64,000 bases of DNA, taken from assembly GCA_965242525.1 (NCBI GenBank), contig OZ251459.1, forward strand, positions 1,312,001 through 1,376,000, written 5' to 3'. The position numbers and the translations under genes were made by a program. Under the pieces are notes generated by a model that did no database searches, was not told the origin of the DNA, and saw only the letters and a program-made list of their open reading frames with translations. Below, in pieces: positions 37,408 to 45,816 of the stretch. The DNA is from an uncultured Candidatus Binatia bacterium. Its GTDB lineage: Bacteria; Desulfobacterota; Binatia; UBA9968; JAJDTQ01. Each line of letters begins with the position of its first letter. Position 1 is the first letter of the stretch.

Positions 37408-37557
37408 GGACCGTCCCCGCGTAAGCGGAGAAGCCAGGCTCACCTGGTTCGCCTGCTATTGCTGGTGCGGATCGTCCCCGCGTAAGCGGAGAAGCCCCGG
37501 GCGGCGCCGCGGACATGGACCCTGGTTGCGGATTGGCCCTGCGTAAGCGGAGAAGCC
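37407..37557 (-). CRISPR. Orphan type I-E-like mini CRISPR array: three 29-bp repeats, two 32-bp spacers
   Basis: Repeats at 37407-37435, 37468-37496 and 37529-37557 (period 61). Minus-strand consensus GGCTTCTCCGCTTACGCGGGGACGATCCG has a 7-bp stem and TTAC loop. Spacers are unrelated to each other. No cas genes in the window. Confidence 0.75.
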
Positions 37558-37605
37558 GGTAGCGGGCAACGGCGCTTGCCGTCGTTCCCGCAAAAAACCC
37601 CGCAC

Positions 37606-37634
37606 CGTCATTCCCGCGAAAGCGGGAATCCACT
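37606..37634 (+). repeat. REP-like (dRS3-like) palindrome
   Basis: CGTCATTCCCGCGAAAGCGGGAATCCACT, the exact reverse complement of 39216-39244. Confidence 0.85.
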
Positions 37635-37685
37635 TTGGTCTCGTTGTATGAACCTCTCCGGGTTGGATACTCTTCTCGATCCATT

Positions 37686-37748
37686 TTCCCTCACCCTGAC
37701 CCCCATACCCGTTCGTCCTGAGCGTAGCGAAGCGGAGTCGAAGGACGC
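37686..37748 (+). repeat. Repeat family B copy
   Basis: 63 bp with 3 mismatches to the reverse complement of 39023-39085. Confidence 0.85.
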
Positions 37749-37840
37749 GCTCTAGCGCCTATGGGGTTGGGGCAGGGCTTCCGTGCAAGCCGATCCACTC
37801 AAAAGCCGGAAGAGCCGAGGATAGCAGGCATGGGCAGGCG

Positions 37841-39016
37841 TCAGGAGGTTTGCAGGTCGTCAAGCACTTTGGCGAGCCTTGCCGCCAATGTCTCTACATG
37901 CGTCGCCACGTCATGGTGCGCGATTAACCGAGCCCTCACTGTGTCAGGGCGACGGTGCTGCTCGCCGAAAGGATCATTTTCGAACTGGCTGACCCAATCA
38001 TCCAGGATCTTCAGGCGCTTGGGATGAAGCAGCGAGGCGTAGGCAGGGGAGTCCTTGGATGCGCTTTCTCCGAATGCGTAATCGCGCAACCCCATCCAGA
38101 AAGGGCTGTCGGAAGGCGGGTAGAACCAGGCCACTGTGATGAGCCAAGGATAGCTCTCTTCAGGAGGTTTCACCCTGATAGAGAAGCCTTTATCACCTGG
38201 TACGACTTTGGCTCCATGCTCCTCGGCGATCCCAAAGAGCCGTTGGGTTGCACGACGCACCTCATCACCGGGCAAGTTGTCCAAGAAGGAGTTGCGGTCG
38301 ATCTTCGTGCGCTTGTGGGACCCGTCACGCTTGCTCGGCGAGGCCGCCGTGTGTCCAATGACGCGAGGCACGAGCGTGCTGCGCGCCTCGGACTCGCCTT
38401 TGAACTGCTTGACCTCGACGGCCAGCACCTCGATGTTGTCACGCAGTTGCGCGTTCAGGAACTCGACGATGCGGGCGAGTTCAGTGGGTATGGCGTCTGC
38501 CACGAACAGCAAGCGCAGGCGTTTGGCGTCGAGGTTCCTGGCGACTTTGCGCCAAAACGCCTCTGCGTCCAGTTCTTCGTCCTCGGGCTGGAGCAGGTCT
38601 TGCAGCGCCTTGTCTGTGGCTGCGGAATCTCCCCAAGTCTTCTCGAAGGACTGGCGCAAGGTTTCCGGTGTCCAGAACTGCGAGGCGTTTGCGGCATAGT
38701 CCAGCATCTGGCCGACGACCTCACGCCGTATCTGTGTGTTCGAACCCCGCTTCACCTCGACGAGCGTCGGCACGGCGTCCTGGTCAACGAACAGGTGGTC
38801 CAGCGACCAGCGGTCGGACTCGCCGGACGCGGCCGGTACGCCCATCTCGCGCTTGACGAGCAGCCATCGCCGGGGGTTGCCCGGACTCATTTGTTCTCCG
38901 TCCAGCAAATGGGGGTACTCGGCAAGGAGTTTCTGCATGTGGTCTTCCGACTCGAACCGCTGTTCTTCCATCGACTCCAGGTTGTCCCCATCCAGGATGT
39001 AGATGCGTTCGGCCAT
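37841..39016 (-). CDS. PD-(D/E)XK (NucS/DUF91-like) nuclease-domain protein with unknown C-terminal region
   Basis: E..MQ.LL..YP.LL...LLVKRE...LDHLFVD...LVEVKR...GQMLDYA. Visibly more AT-rich than its neighbours. Confidence 0.75.
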   Translation of the reverse strand: MAERIYILDGDNLESMEEQRFESEDHMQKLLAEYPHLLDGEQMSPGNPRRWLLVKREMGVPAASGESDRWSLDHLFVDQDAVPTLVEVKRGSNTQIRREVVGQMLDYAANASQFWTPETLRQSFEKTWGDSAATDKALQDLLQPEDEELDAEAFWRKVARNLDAKRLRLLFVADAIPTELARIVEFLNAQLRDNIEVLAVEVKQFKGESEARSTLVPRVIGHTAASPSKRDGSHKRTKIDRNSFLDNLPGDEVRRATQRLFGIAEEHGAKVVPGDKGFSIRVKPPEESYPWLITVAWFYPPSDSPFWMGLRDYAFGESASKDSPAYASLLHPKRLKILDDWVSQFENDPFGEQHRRPDTVRARLIAHHDVATHVETLAARLAKVLDDLQTS

Positions 39017-39022
39017 GTTCTT

Positions 39023-39120
39023 GCGCCCTTCGACTCCGCTGCGCTACGCTCAGGACGAACGGGGATGGGGGTCAGGGTGAGGGAATCCACCCTCCATGTC
39101 TCGATTGTCCGGATGTTCCT
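39023..39120 (-). repeat. Repeat family B copy ending 6 nt upstream of the nuclease ATG
   Basis: Reverse-complement match to 37686-37748 and 32629-32779. Confidence 0.85.
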
Positions 39121-39215
39121 GCCGTTTCATACCCGCTCCCTCCTTCGTGCCCACTTTCTTGTTGGACAATACCCCCTTGTCCTCCTGGAACAGGGAATAA
39201 ACCAGATGTTCCCCA

Positions 39216-39244
39216 AGTGGATTCCCGCTTTCGCGGGAATGACG
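39216..39244 (-). repeat. REP-like (dRS3-like) palindrome, inverted copy
   Basis: AGTGGATTCCCGCTTTCGCGGGAATGACG. Confidence 0.85.
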
Positions 39245-39300
39245 AGGTGGGCTTTCGCAGGAACGACGGCAAGCACAGTGGATTCCCGTTGCCCGCTACC

Positions 39301-39329
39301 GGCTTCCCTGCTTACGCGGGGATAAGCTC
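39301..39329 (+). CRISPR. Isolated type I-E-like repeat in opposite orientation (possible degenerate second repeat near 39361-39386)
   Basis: GGCTTCCCTGCTTACGCGGGGATAAGCTC, preceded by the same 15 nt (CCGTTGCCCGCTACC) that precede the 37529-37557 repeat on the minus strand. Confidence 0.55.
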
Positions 39330-39467
39330 GCGGGCACGAGCTGCGCGGCGCCTGCCTCCCGGCTTACTGCCTGCCGGGGCAGGCTCCGCAGGCGCGGTGG
39401 AACGACGGCTTGACCCCTGCCGCTCCCCTTTCCCCCCTGCCTCACCCACACGAAACCCGGAAGCGCC

Positions 39468-40172
39468 CTATCCTCCGGGATGGGCCGCGGCTTCGGCCGG
39501 TTCCAGGTCGAGGGCGCGGCTCACGGCTTCCAGGGCGGCCTGGTTGCTGGTGACCACGGGCAGGTCGTAGGCCTGGCGCAGTTGCGGCAGGGTCGCCACC
39601 GCCTGGTAGTTGGTGCAGGAGATGAACAGGGCGTCCACCTGCGGGCGGGGGCCCAGCTTCTCCCGGGCGAAGGCCAGGATCTCCCGCGGCTCCACCAGCG
39701 CCAAGTTGAAGTTGACGCTGATGCCCATGCCGTGGATGGACGCCACCTCGATGCCGTCGTCCTCCACGCTGGCCTTGATGCGGACGTTGAGTTCCTCGAT
39801 GTAGGGGGTCAGCACCGCGATGCGCCGCGCCTCCAGGACCGCCAGCATGCTCCGCACCGACTCGATGACGCTGACGGTGGGCTTGCCGGTGACTTCGGAT
39901 ATCCGGCGGCACAGTTCCGCGTCGTAGGCGTTGCCGCGCAGCGCCCCGGCGCTGGTGCAGCCGAACACCACCACGTCCGGCCGGGCGGTGGCCACGTCCC
40001 TGGCCGCGGGGAGCGTGTGCCGGTCCAGCATGGCCTCCTCGCCCTCGACGGTGGTGGCTTCCATGTACATGCGCCCGGTGTGGACCGTGGCCGCCGGCGG
40101 CAGGCAGCGGTAGAAGTCCACCTCCATGACCGTGTTGGAGGAAGGGATGAGCAGTCCGACCCGATGACCCAA
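39468..40172 (-). CDS. Maleate cis-trans isomerase/Asp-Glu racemase family protein
   Basis: GLLIPSSNTVME, FGCTS, LTPY, ISCTN and TSNQA, with both catalytic Cys present. Confidence 0.88.
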   Translation of the reverse strand: MGHRVGLLIPSSNTVMEVDFYRCLPPAATVHTGRMYMEATTVEGEEAMLDRHTLPAARDVATARPDVVVFGCTSAGALRGNAYDAELCRRISEVTGKPTVSVIESVRSMLAVLEARRIAVLTPYIEELNVRIKASVEDDGIEVASIHGMGISVNFNLALVEPREILAFAREKLGPRPQVDALFISCTNYQAVATLPQLRQAYDLPVVTSNQAALEAVSRALDLEPAEAAAHPGG

Positions 40173-40196
40173 GCGGTTGCCTCCTCGCTTCGCCCG

Positions 40197-41210
40197 TCAG
40201 TCTTCGCGGAACTCGCCCCGGGCCCTGGCCTCCCGGATGGCGGTGAAGACCCGTTCCGGCGTCACCGGCGTCTCGGTGATGCGGATGCCGATGGCGTCGT
40301 AGATGGCGTTCAGGATGGCCGGGGTGGTGGGGATGGTGGCCGGCTCCGCCACCCCCTTGGCCCCGAACGGCCCCCTGGGGTCGGCCACCTCCACGATCTC
40401 GCACTCGATGTCCGGCACGTCCATGGCGGTGGGCACCAGGTAGAAGGCCAGCGAACCCGTGCGCGGCACGCCGTCCTCCAGGATGTGCTGCTCGTAGAGT
40501 CCGTAACCCAGGCCCATGGCGGCGCCGCCCTCGATCTGCCCTTCCACCGCCGCGGGGTTGATGGCCTTGCCCGCGTCCGTGGCCGAGACGAGCTTGGTGA
40601 GGCGCACGCGCCCGGTCTCCGTATCCACCTCCACTTCCGCCAACTGGGTGGCCCAGCCATAGGTGGCGTAGGCGTCGCCCTGGGAAGTCTCCGGGTCCAC
40701 GTCGTCGGTGGTGTTGTCGTGCCAGCCCCAGGCGGCCGCCCGCCGGCCGTGGAAATGGAGCTGGTGGGCGACCTTGCCCACCGACACCAGCGGCCGGTCC
40801 GTCCGCGTCTCGCACACCTGCCCCTCACGCAGTTGCAGGTTCTCCCTGGGACACTCCAGCATGCGCGAGGCCATGTCCAGGAGCTGGTCCCGGAGGTCCG
40901 CGGCCGCCCGCTGCACCGCCACGCCCTGGACGAAAGTGGCGCGGCTGCCGGAGGTGGGCCCCGCGTCCGGGGTGCTGCCGGTGTCCGCGGCCACCACCCG
41001 TATCTGCCCGGGCTCGATGCCCAGCTCCTCCGCGGCCACCTGGGTCACCACGGTCATGACCCCCTGGCCCATGTCGCAGGCTCCCGAGTACACGGTGGTG
41101 GTGCCGTCCTCGGCCATCTCGATCTCGGCCGAGCCGATGTCGGCCCGGCTGAAACCGTAGCCGATGCCGTAGTACATGGAGCCGATGCCGAATCCTCTTC
41201 TTATTGCCAT
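40197..41210 (-). CDS. Xanthine dehydrogenase-family molybdopterin subunit, C-terminal half (NdhM-like)
   Basis: DMGQG, GPTSGSR, GQIEGG and GAKGVAEP (catalytic Glu). Own ATG at 41210. Confidence 0.88.
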   Translation of the reverse strand: MAIRRGFGIGSMYYGIGYGFSRADIGSAEIEMAEDGTTTVYSGACDMGQGVMTVVTQVAAEELGIEPGQIRVVAADTGSTPDAGPTSGSRATFVQGVAVQRAAADLRDQLLDMASRMLECPRENLQLREGQVCETRTDRPLVSVGKVAHQLHFHGRRAAAWGWHDNTTDDVDPETSQGDAYATYGWATQLAEVEVDTETGRVRLTKLVSATDAGKAINPAAVEGQIEGGAAMGLGYGLYEQHILEDGVPRTGSLAFYLVPTAMDVPDIECEIVEVADPRGPFGAKGVAEPATIPTTPAILNAIYDAIGIRITETPVTPERVFTAIREARARGEFRED

Positions 41211-42508
41211 GATCGCTCGAACCGCAGGCCGTGGGCGTCCATGTAGTCCCGGATGCGCCGGAGCGTGGCCTCGATGCCGCACCCCTCGTTCATGGCCTGC
41301 CCGGTGGCGGAGGCGAGCCCCGGCTTGAGGCAGTTCCTGAGCCGGAACTCCAGCGGCGACATTTCCAGACGGTGCGCCAACCTGTCCATCTGGGACTCGT
41401 GGGCCACCGCGGCCTGCATCACCCCGAAGCCGCGCATGGCGCCGGAAACCAGGTTGTTGGTGTAGAGGGTGTAGGTGTCCACCCGGATGTGGGGAACGTC
41501 GTAGGGGCCGGTGGCGTGGATGCCCGCCTTCTTGATGACGTAGGCCCCCAGGGAGACCCCCGCCCCCGTATCGCCGTAGATGTCGCCGTCCAGGAAGGTC
41601 AACCGTCCGTCGGAGCGGGCGCCGGTGCGGAACTTCATGGACATGGGGTGGCGCTTGGTGTTGGCGATGAGGGACTCCTCCCGGGTATAGACCAGGCGCA
41701 CGGGCCGGCGCGTCTTCAACGCCAGCATCCCCACGTGGATCTCGGCCGTGATGTCGTCCTTGCGCCCGAAGCCGCCGCCGATGGGCGCCTGTATCACCCG
41801 CACCCGGTTCATGGGCAGGTCCAGGGCCGGCGCGATCTGCCGACGGTCCCGGTAGGGGTACTGGGTCCCCACCAGGATGTTCAGCACTCCCGAGGGATCG
41901 AGCCAGGCCAAGCCCGCTTCCGGCTCCATGGGCACGTGGTCCATCCGATGGGTGCGGTACGACCCCTCCACCACCACGTCCGACTCCCGGAGGCCCTGCT
42001 CCACGTCACCCTTGCGCACGGTGGTGTGCTGGAAGACGTTGCCGCCTTCGTGCACCGCGGGCGCTTCCGGGTCCAGCGCGTCCTCGAACGTGAGCACGGG
42101 CCGCAGGGGCTCCAGCTCCACCCGGATCTTCGATACCGCCTCTTCGGCCGCCTCCTCGTCTTCCGCGGCCACCACCGCCAGGGCGTCGCCCGCGGACCGC
42201 ACCTTGTCGTCCGCCAGCACCCGCTGGTCCGGCACCGCGAGTCCGTAGCGGTTGGTTCCGGGCACGTCCGCGGCGGTGAGGACGGCTTCCACCCCCGGCG
42301 TCTTCGCCGCCTCCCGGGTGTCCATGCGGCGGATGGCCGCGTGCGGGGTTCCCGCCCACAGGATCTTGGCGTGCAGCATGCCCGGGACGATCATGTCGCC
42401 CACGTACTCGGTGGCCCCCAGCGCCTTCTCCATGGCGTCGGGCTTGGTGACGTTCCTGCCGATCCAGTGGTAGGAGCGGCCGGTTTCCCTGGACGCAGGG
42501 TCGTTCAT
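41201..42508 (-). CDS. Xanthine dehydrogenase-family molybdopterin subunit, N-terminal half (NdhL-like)
   Basis: Hammerhead domain, HVPMEPEA, GGGFGRK and GAMRGFG. Confidence 0.9.
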   Translation of the reverse strand: MNDPASRETGRSYHWIGRNVTKPDAMEKALGATEYVGDMIVPGMLHAKILWAGTPHAAIRRMDTREAAKTPGVEAVLTAADVPGTNRYGLAVPDQRVLADDKVRSAGDALAVVAAEDEEAAEEAVSKIRVELEPLRPVLTFEDALDPEAPAVHEGGNVFQHTTVRKGDVEQGLRESDVVVEGSYRTHRMDHVPMEPEAGLAWLDPSGVLNILVGTQYPYRDRRQIAPALDLPMNRVRVIQAPIGGGFGRKDDITAEIHVGMLALKTRRPVRLVYTREESLIANTKRHPMSMKFRTGARSDGRLTFLDGDIYGDTGAGVSLGAYVIKKAGIHATGPYDVPHIRVDTYTLYTNNLVSGAMRGFGVMQAAVAHESQMDRLAHRLEMSPLEFRLRNCLKPGLASATGQAMNEGCGIEATLRRIRDYMDAHGLRFERSWQ

Positions 42509-42544
42509 GTTACGGAACCTCCGAACGATCGGGGGAGCATGGGC

Positions 42545-42685
42545 GCATCCTTCGACTCCGCTCCGCTACGCTCAGGATGAACGGAGACGGGACCAGGACG
42601 AACGGAGACAGGATCAGGACGAACGACGACAGGAATGTCAGGGTGGGGGAATCCATCCCGGATGTCTCGATGGTCCATGGATTCC
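42545..42685 (-). repeat. Repeat family B copy with internal ~21-bp sub-repeats
   Basis: CCTTCGACTCCGCTCCGCTACGCTCAGGATGAACGG followed by CAGGACGAACG sub-repeats, then GTCAGGGTG..GGAATCCA..ATGTCTCGAT. Confidence 0.8.
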
Positions 42686-43171
42686 CTACTCCGCTCCCGC
42701 GCGTTCCCTGAGTTCGGCCGCCGCGGCGCGGACGGCCTTGACGATCTTGCCGTACCCGGTGCAGCGGCAGATGTTCCCCGCTATGGCGAAGCGGATCTCC
42801 TCGTCCGTGGGGTCCGAGACGTCCCGCAGCAGCGCCCAGGCGCTCACGATCATGCCCGGGGTGCAGTAGCCGCACTGGACGCCCCCCTGCTCCACCATCT
42901 GCCGTTGCAGCGGATGCGGCCCGCCGTCTTCGGCCAGCGCTTCGATGGTCACGATTTCCCGGTCCACCGCGTCGGCCACCAGCACCAGGCACGACACCAC
43001 CGGCCGCCCGTCGAGCAGCACCGTGCACGACCCGCACTCGGCCTCGTTGCACCCCTTCTTGCTGCCGGTGAGCCGCAGCCGGTCGCGCAGCACGTCCAGC
43101 AGGGACTCGTGCGGCTCCGCTTCCGCGGCCCGGGTGCGGCCGTTCACCCGTAGGTCGTAACGTTGTCTCAT
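42686..43171 (-). CDS. (2Fe-2S)2 small subunit of Mo-hydroxylase (CoxS/NdhS-like)
   Basis: GCNEAECGSC, QCGYCTPG and CRCTGY. Confidence 0.93.
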   Translation of the reverse strand: MRQRYDLRVNGRTRAAEAEPHESLLDVLRDRLRLTGSKKGCNEAECGSCTVLLDGRPVVSCLVLVADAVDREIVTIEALAEDGGPHPLQRQMVEQGGVQCGYCTPGMIVSAWALLRDVSDPTDEEIRFAIAGNICRCTGYGKIVKAVRAAAAELRERAGAE

Positions 43172-44061
43172 GCGGTTTCCGTCCGCTCCCGGGAGCGTGC
43201 GCGCGCCACCGCCCGGGCGAGCACCCGCTGCACCAGGACCCGTATCAACTCCCTGCGGTAGCCCGCGGAGCCGCGGATGTCGTCAATGGGCCGGCATTCG
43301 TCCATGGCCGCCCTTCCCGCCTGCTCCAGCGCCTCCGGGGTGGGCTCCTTCTCCCGCACCCGCTCTTCGGCCCTGGGAGCCATGAGGGGCGTGGGCGCCA
43401 CCGCGCCCAGGGCGATGCGCACGGCCTGCACCCGGCCCCGGACGGGGTCCAGGGTCACAGAGGCCGCGGCGCTGGCGATGGCGATGTCCATGGCCGACCG
43501 GGGGGTGAAGCGCTCGAACGCGTCGCCGGTCAGGGGCGGCGGCTCCGGCGCCTCCACCGCCAGCAGCAGCCCGCCCGCGTCCAGCACCGACTGCCCGGGT
43601 CCGGTGAAGAAAGCCTCCACCGGCGTCGTCTCCCGCCGGGACTCGCGGGTCCACACCCGCGTCACCGCGCCCAGGGCCATCAGCGGCGGGGCCGTGTCCG
43701 CGGACGGCGAGGCGTTGCACAGGTTGCCGCCGACGCTGGCCATGTTCCGCAACTGCAACGAACCCACCACCCGGAGGGCCTCGTGGAGCGAGGGGAAACG
43801 GCTGCCCACGGACGCGGCCGTCTCCAGGTCCCGCATGGGAGCGCAGGCCCCGAGCCGGAGCCCCGCCCCGGGCTCGCAGTTCCATCCGCAGAGTTCCGGG
43901 ATCCGCTTCAGGTTCACCAGCCCTTGGCAGCGGACCGCCCGACGGCGCAACTGTATGACGATGTCGGTGCCTCCGGCAAGGGGTCTGCGGTCCCCCTTCC
44001 CTTCCCGCAGCAGGCCGCTCGCTTCCTCCAGCGACCTCGGCTCGAAATAGTCGAACCTCAT
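43168..44061 (-). CDS. FAD-binding subunit of Mo-hydroxylase (CoxM/NdhF-like)
   Basis: AGGTD, RNMASVGGNLCNASPSAD and PIDDIRGSAGYR. Confidence 0.92.
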   Translation of the reverse strand: MRFDYFEPRSLEEASGLLREGKGDRRPLAGGTDIVIQLRRRAVRCQGLVNLKRIPELCGWNCEPGAGLRLGACAPMRDLETAASVGSRFPSLHEALRVVGSLQLRNMASVGGNLCNASPSADTAPPLMALGAVTRVWTRESRRETTPVEAFFTGPGQSVLDAGGLLLAVEAPEPPPLTGDAFERFTPRSAMDIAIASAAASVTLDPVRGRVQAVRIALGAVAPTPLMAPRAEERVREKEPTPEALEQAGRAAMDECRPIDDIRGSAGYRRELIRVLVQRVLARAVARARSRERTETA

Positions 44062-44064
44062 GGG

Positions 44065-45009
44065 TCAGGCTCCCAGCCTGGGGACCACGTCCGCGGCGAT
44101 GGCCTCCAACTGCTCCATCTCGTAGCGGTAGGGGATCAGGATGATGCGGTGGATGCCGGCGTCCACGTGGGCCCTGAGCTGCTCCACGCAGTCGTCCGCG
44201 GTTCCCCGGATGGCGTGATCGATGGTGGATTCGCTCCGCTTGGCGATGTCCCATTCGGTGGAGAGCCAGTGGCGCATGGGCTCCTCCACCGCCTCCCGGG
44301 ACGGCCCCACGTAGATGGCGAGCTGGTTGGTGGCGGTGAGCCCGGAGGGGTCGCGCCCGGCCGCCTGCGCTGCGTCCAGGATCTTGCCCCAGCTCCGGGT
44401 GAAGCTCTCTGGCGTGTAGAAGTAGGTGAGCCAGCCGTCTCCCATGCGGCCCACGCGCCGCAGCACCCGGTCGATGTAGCCCCCGATCAGTATCGGCGGG
44501 TGGGGCTTCTGGACCGGTTTCGGCAGGAGCACCGCGGACCGGAGGTTCAACTCGTCCACCTGTTCGGTCACCGCGTCCTCGGTCCACAACCGCACCAGCA
44601 ACTCCAGGTTACGCTCGAAGATGCGGCCCCTCTCCCGGTAGGAGACGCCGATGGCGTCGAACTCCCGGGCGTACCAGCCCGCGGCCGCGCCCAGCAGCAG
44701 GCGGCCGTTGGATATCTGGTCCAGGCTGGCGAGGACCTTGGCCGCCACCACCGGGTTGCGCAACGGCAGCACCATGACCCCGGTCCCCAGGCGGATGCGC
44801 TCGGTCCGGGCGGCGATGGCGGTGAGTATGGTGAGGGAGTCCAGCACCGGAAAACTCGGGTTCACCCCCAGCAGGATGTGGTCCCATGCCCAGAGGGACT
44901 CGAAGCCCAACTCCTCGGCCCTCCGGGCGTAACGGATCAACCCCTCCACGTCCGGGGTCTCGCCGGGACCCACGAAGTTGCGGATGGCGACTCCAACCTG
45001 CACGGCCAT
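44065..45009 (-). CDS. LLM-class flavin (possibly F420)-dependent oxidoreductase
   Basis: AEELGFESLWAWDH, LDQISNGR, PKPVQKPHPPILIGG and GDGW. Confidence 0.88.
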   Translation of the reverse strand: MAVQVGVAIRNFVGPGETPDVEGLIRYARRAEELGFESLWAWDHILLGVNPSFPVLDSLTILTAIAARTERIRLGTGVMVLPLRNPVVAAKVLASLDQISNGRLLLGAAAGWYAREFDAIGVSYRERGRIFERNLELLVRLWTEDAVTEQVDELNLRSAVLLPKPVQKPHPPILIGGYIDRVLRRVGRMGDGWLTYFYTPESFTRSWGKILDAAQAAGRDPSGLTATNQLAIYVGPSREAVEEPMRHWLSTEWDIAKRSESTIDHAIRGTADDCVEQLRAHVDAGIHRIILIPYRYEMEQLEAIAADVVPRLGA

Positions 45010-45054
45010 GGTTCCACCTCCTTCGAGCGCCAACGGGCAGGACTTCTTCGACCC

Positions 45055-45816
45055 CTACCCGAGAAAGTTCCTCTCCGGGTCGATGCTGCGCAGGGTCTCC
45101 AACTCGTCCGCGCCGGGGGCCTCGGTGACCGGTGCCCGGTCGGGAACCGGCAAGTCGAACCCGGTGTTGTCCCGGACCTGCTCCACGGAGACCCCGGGGT
45201 GGAGGCTCTCCAGCCGCAGGGCTTTGGTCCCTGGGTCGAAGGCCAGGGTGCCCAGATGGGTCACGATGCGGCTGACCCTGCCGAACAGGAGTCCCGCCCG
45301 GCGGCGCGAGTCCCCGCCCCGGAGGAAGCCCGGACTGGTCACGAAATCCACCTGGGGCACGAACCGCCGCCGCTCGTGCATGGTGACCACCATGACGTTG
45401 CGGCACAACGAGATGATGTCGTTGGCGCCCCCGCTGCCGGGCAACCGGACCCTGGGACGCTCGTAGCTGCCGATGACGCTGGAGTTGAGGTTGCCGTGGC
45501 GGTCGATCTGCGCGCCGCCCACGAACCCCACGTCGAGGAACCCCCGCTGGGCGAACAGGAACGTGTCGGTGATTCCCGGCAGCATCTGGGCCCGGGGCGC
45601 GGTGCGCATCTCGTTGGTGGAGTACGGCAACCGCCCGGGCACGATGTGCGGCCCCATGCTGCCGCCCTCCACCACGATGACGAGCCGGGGCGCACAGGTC
45701 TTCTGGGCGAGCACCGCGGACACCAGCGGCACCCCCACGCCGGCGAACACCGAGGCGGCCCCCGCGAGCTGGCGGGCGGCCACCACGGCCAGGAGCTCGG
45801 TGGCGGAATAGTTCAT
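45055..45816 (-). CDS. Family I CoA-transferase beta subunit (GctB/PcaJ-like)
   Basis: FAGVGVP, catalytic VVEGG, GGAQIDRHGNLNS and LPGSGGANDI. Confidence 0.9.
   Translation of the reverse strand: MNYSATELLAVVAARQLAGAASVFAGVGVPLVSAVLAQKTCAPRLVIVVEGGSMGPHIVPGRLPYSTNEMRTAPRAQMLPGITDTFLFAQRGFLDVGFVGGAQIDRHGNLNSSVIGSYERPRVRLPGSGGANDIISLCRNVMVVTMHERRRFVPQVDFVTSPGFLRGGDSRRRAGLLFGRVSRIVTHLGTLAFDPGTKALRLESLHPGVSVEQVRDNTGFDLPVPDRAPVTEAPGADELETLRSIDPERNFLG

Noticed and set aside
37436-37528. Self-targeting by spacers (10-12 nt matches such as CAGGTGAGCC near 36925 and GCCCCGGGCGGC near 36126)
   Set aside because: The matches are short enough to arise by chance at this GC content. A proper PAM/seed search is needed.
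41201-41210. Frameshift or pseudogene in the Mo-binding subunit
   Set aside because: The second half has its own ATG overlapping the upstream stop, and the split matches natural two-chain enzymes such as NdhL/NdhM.
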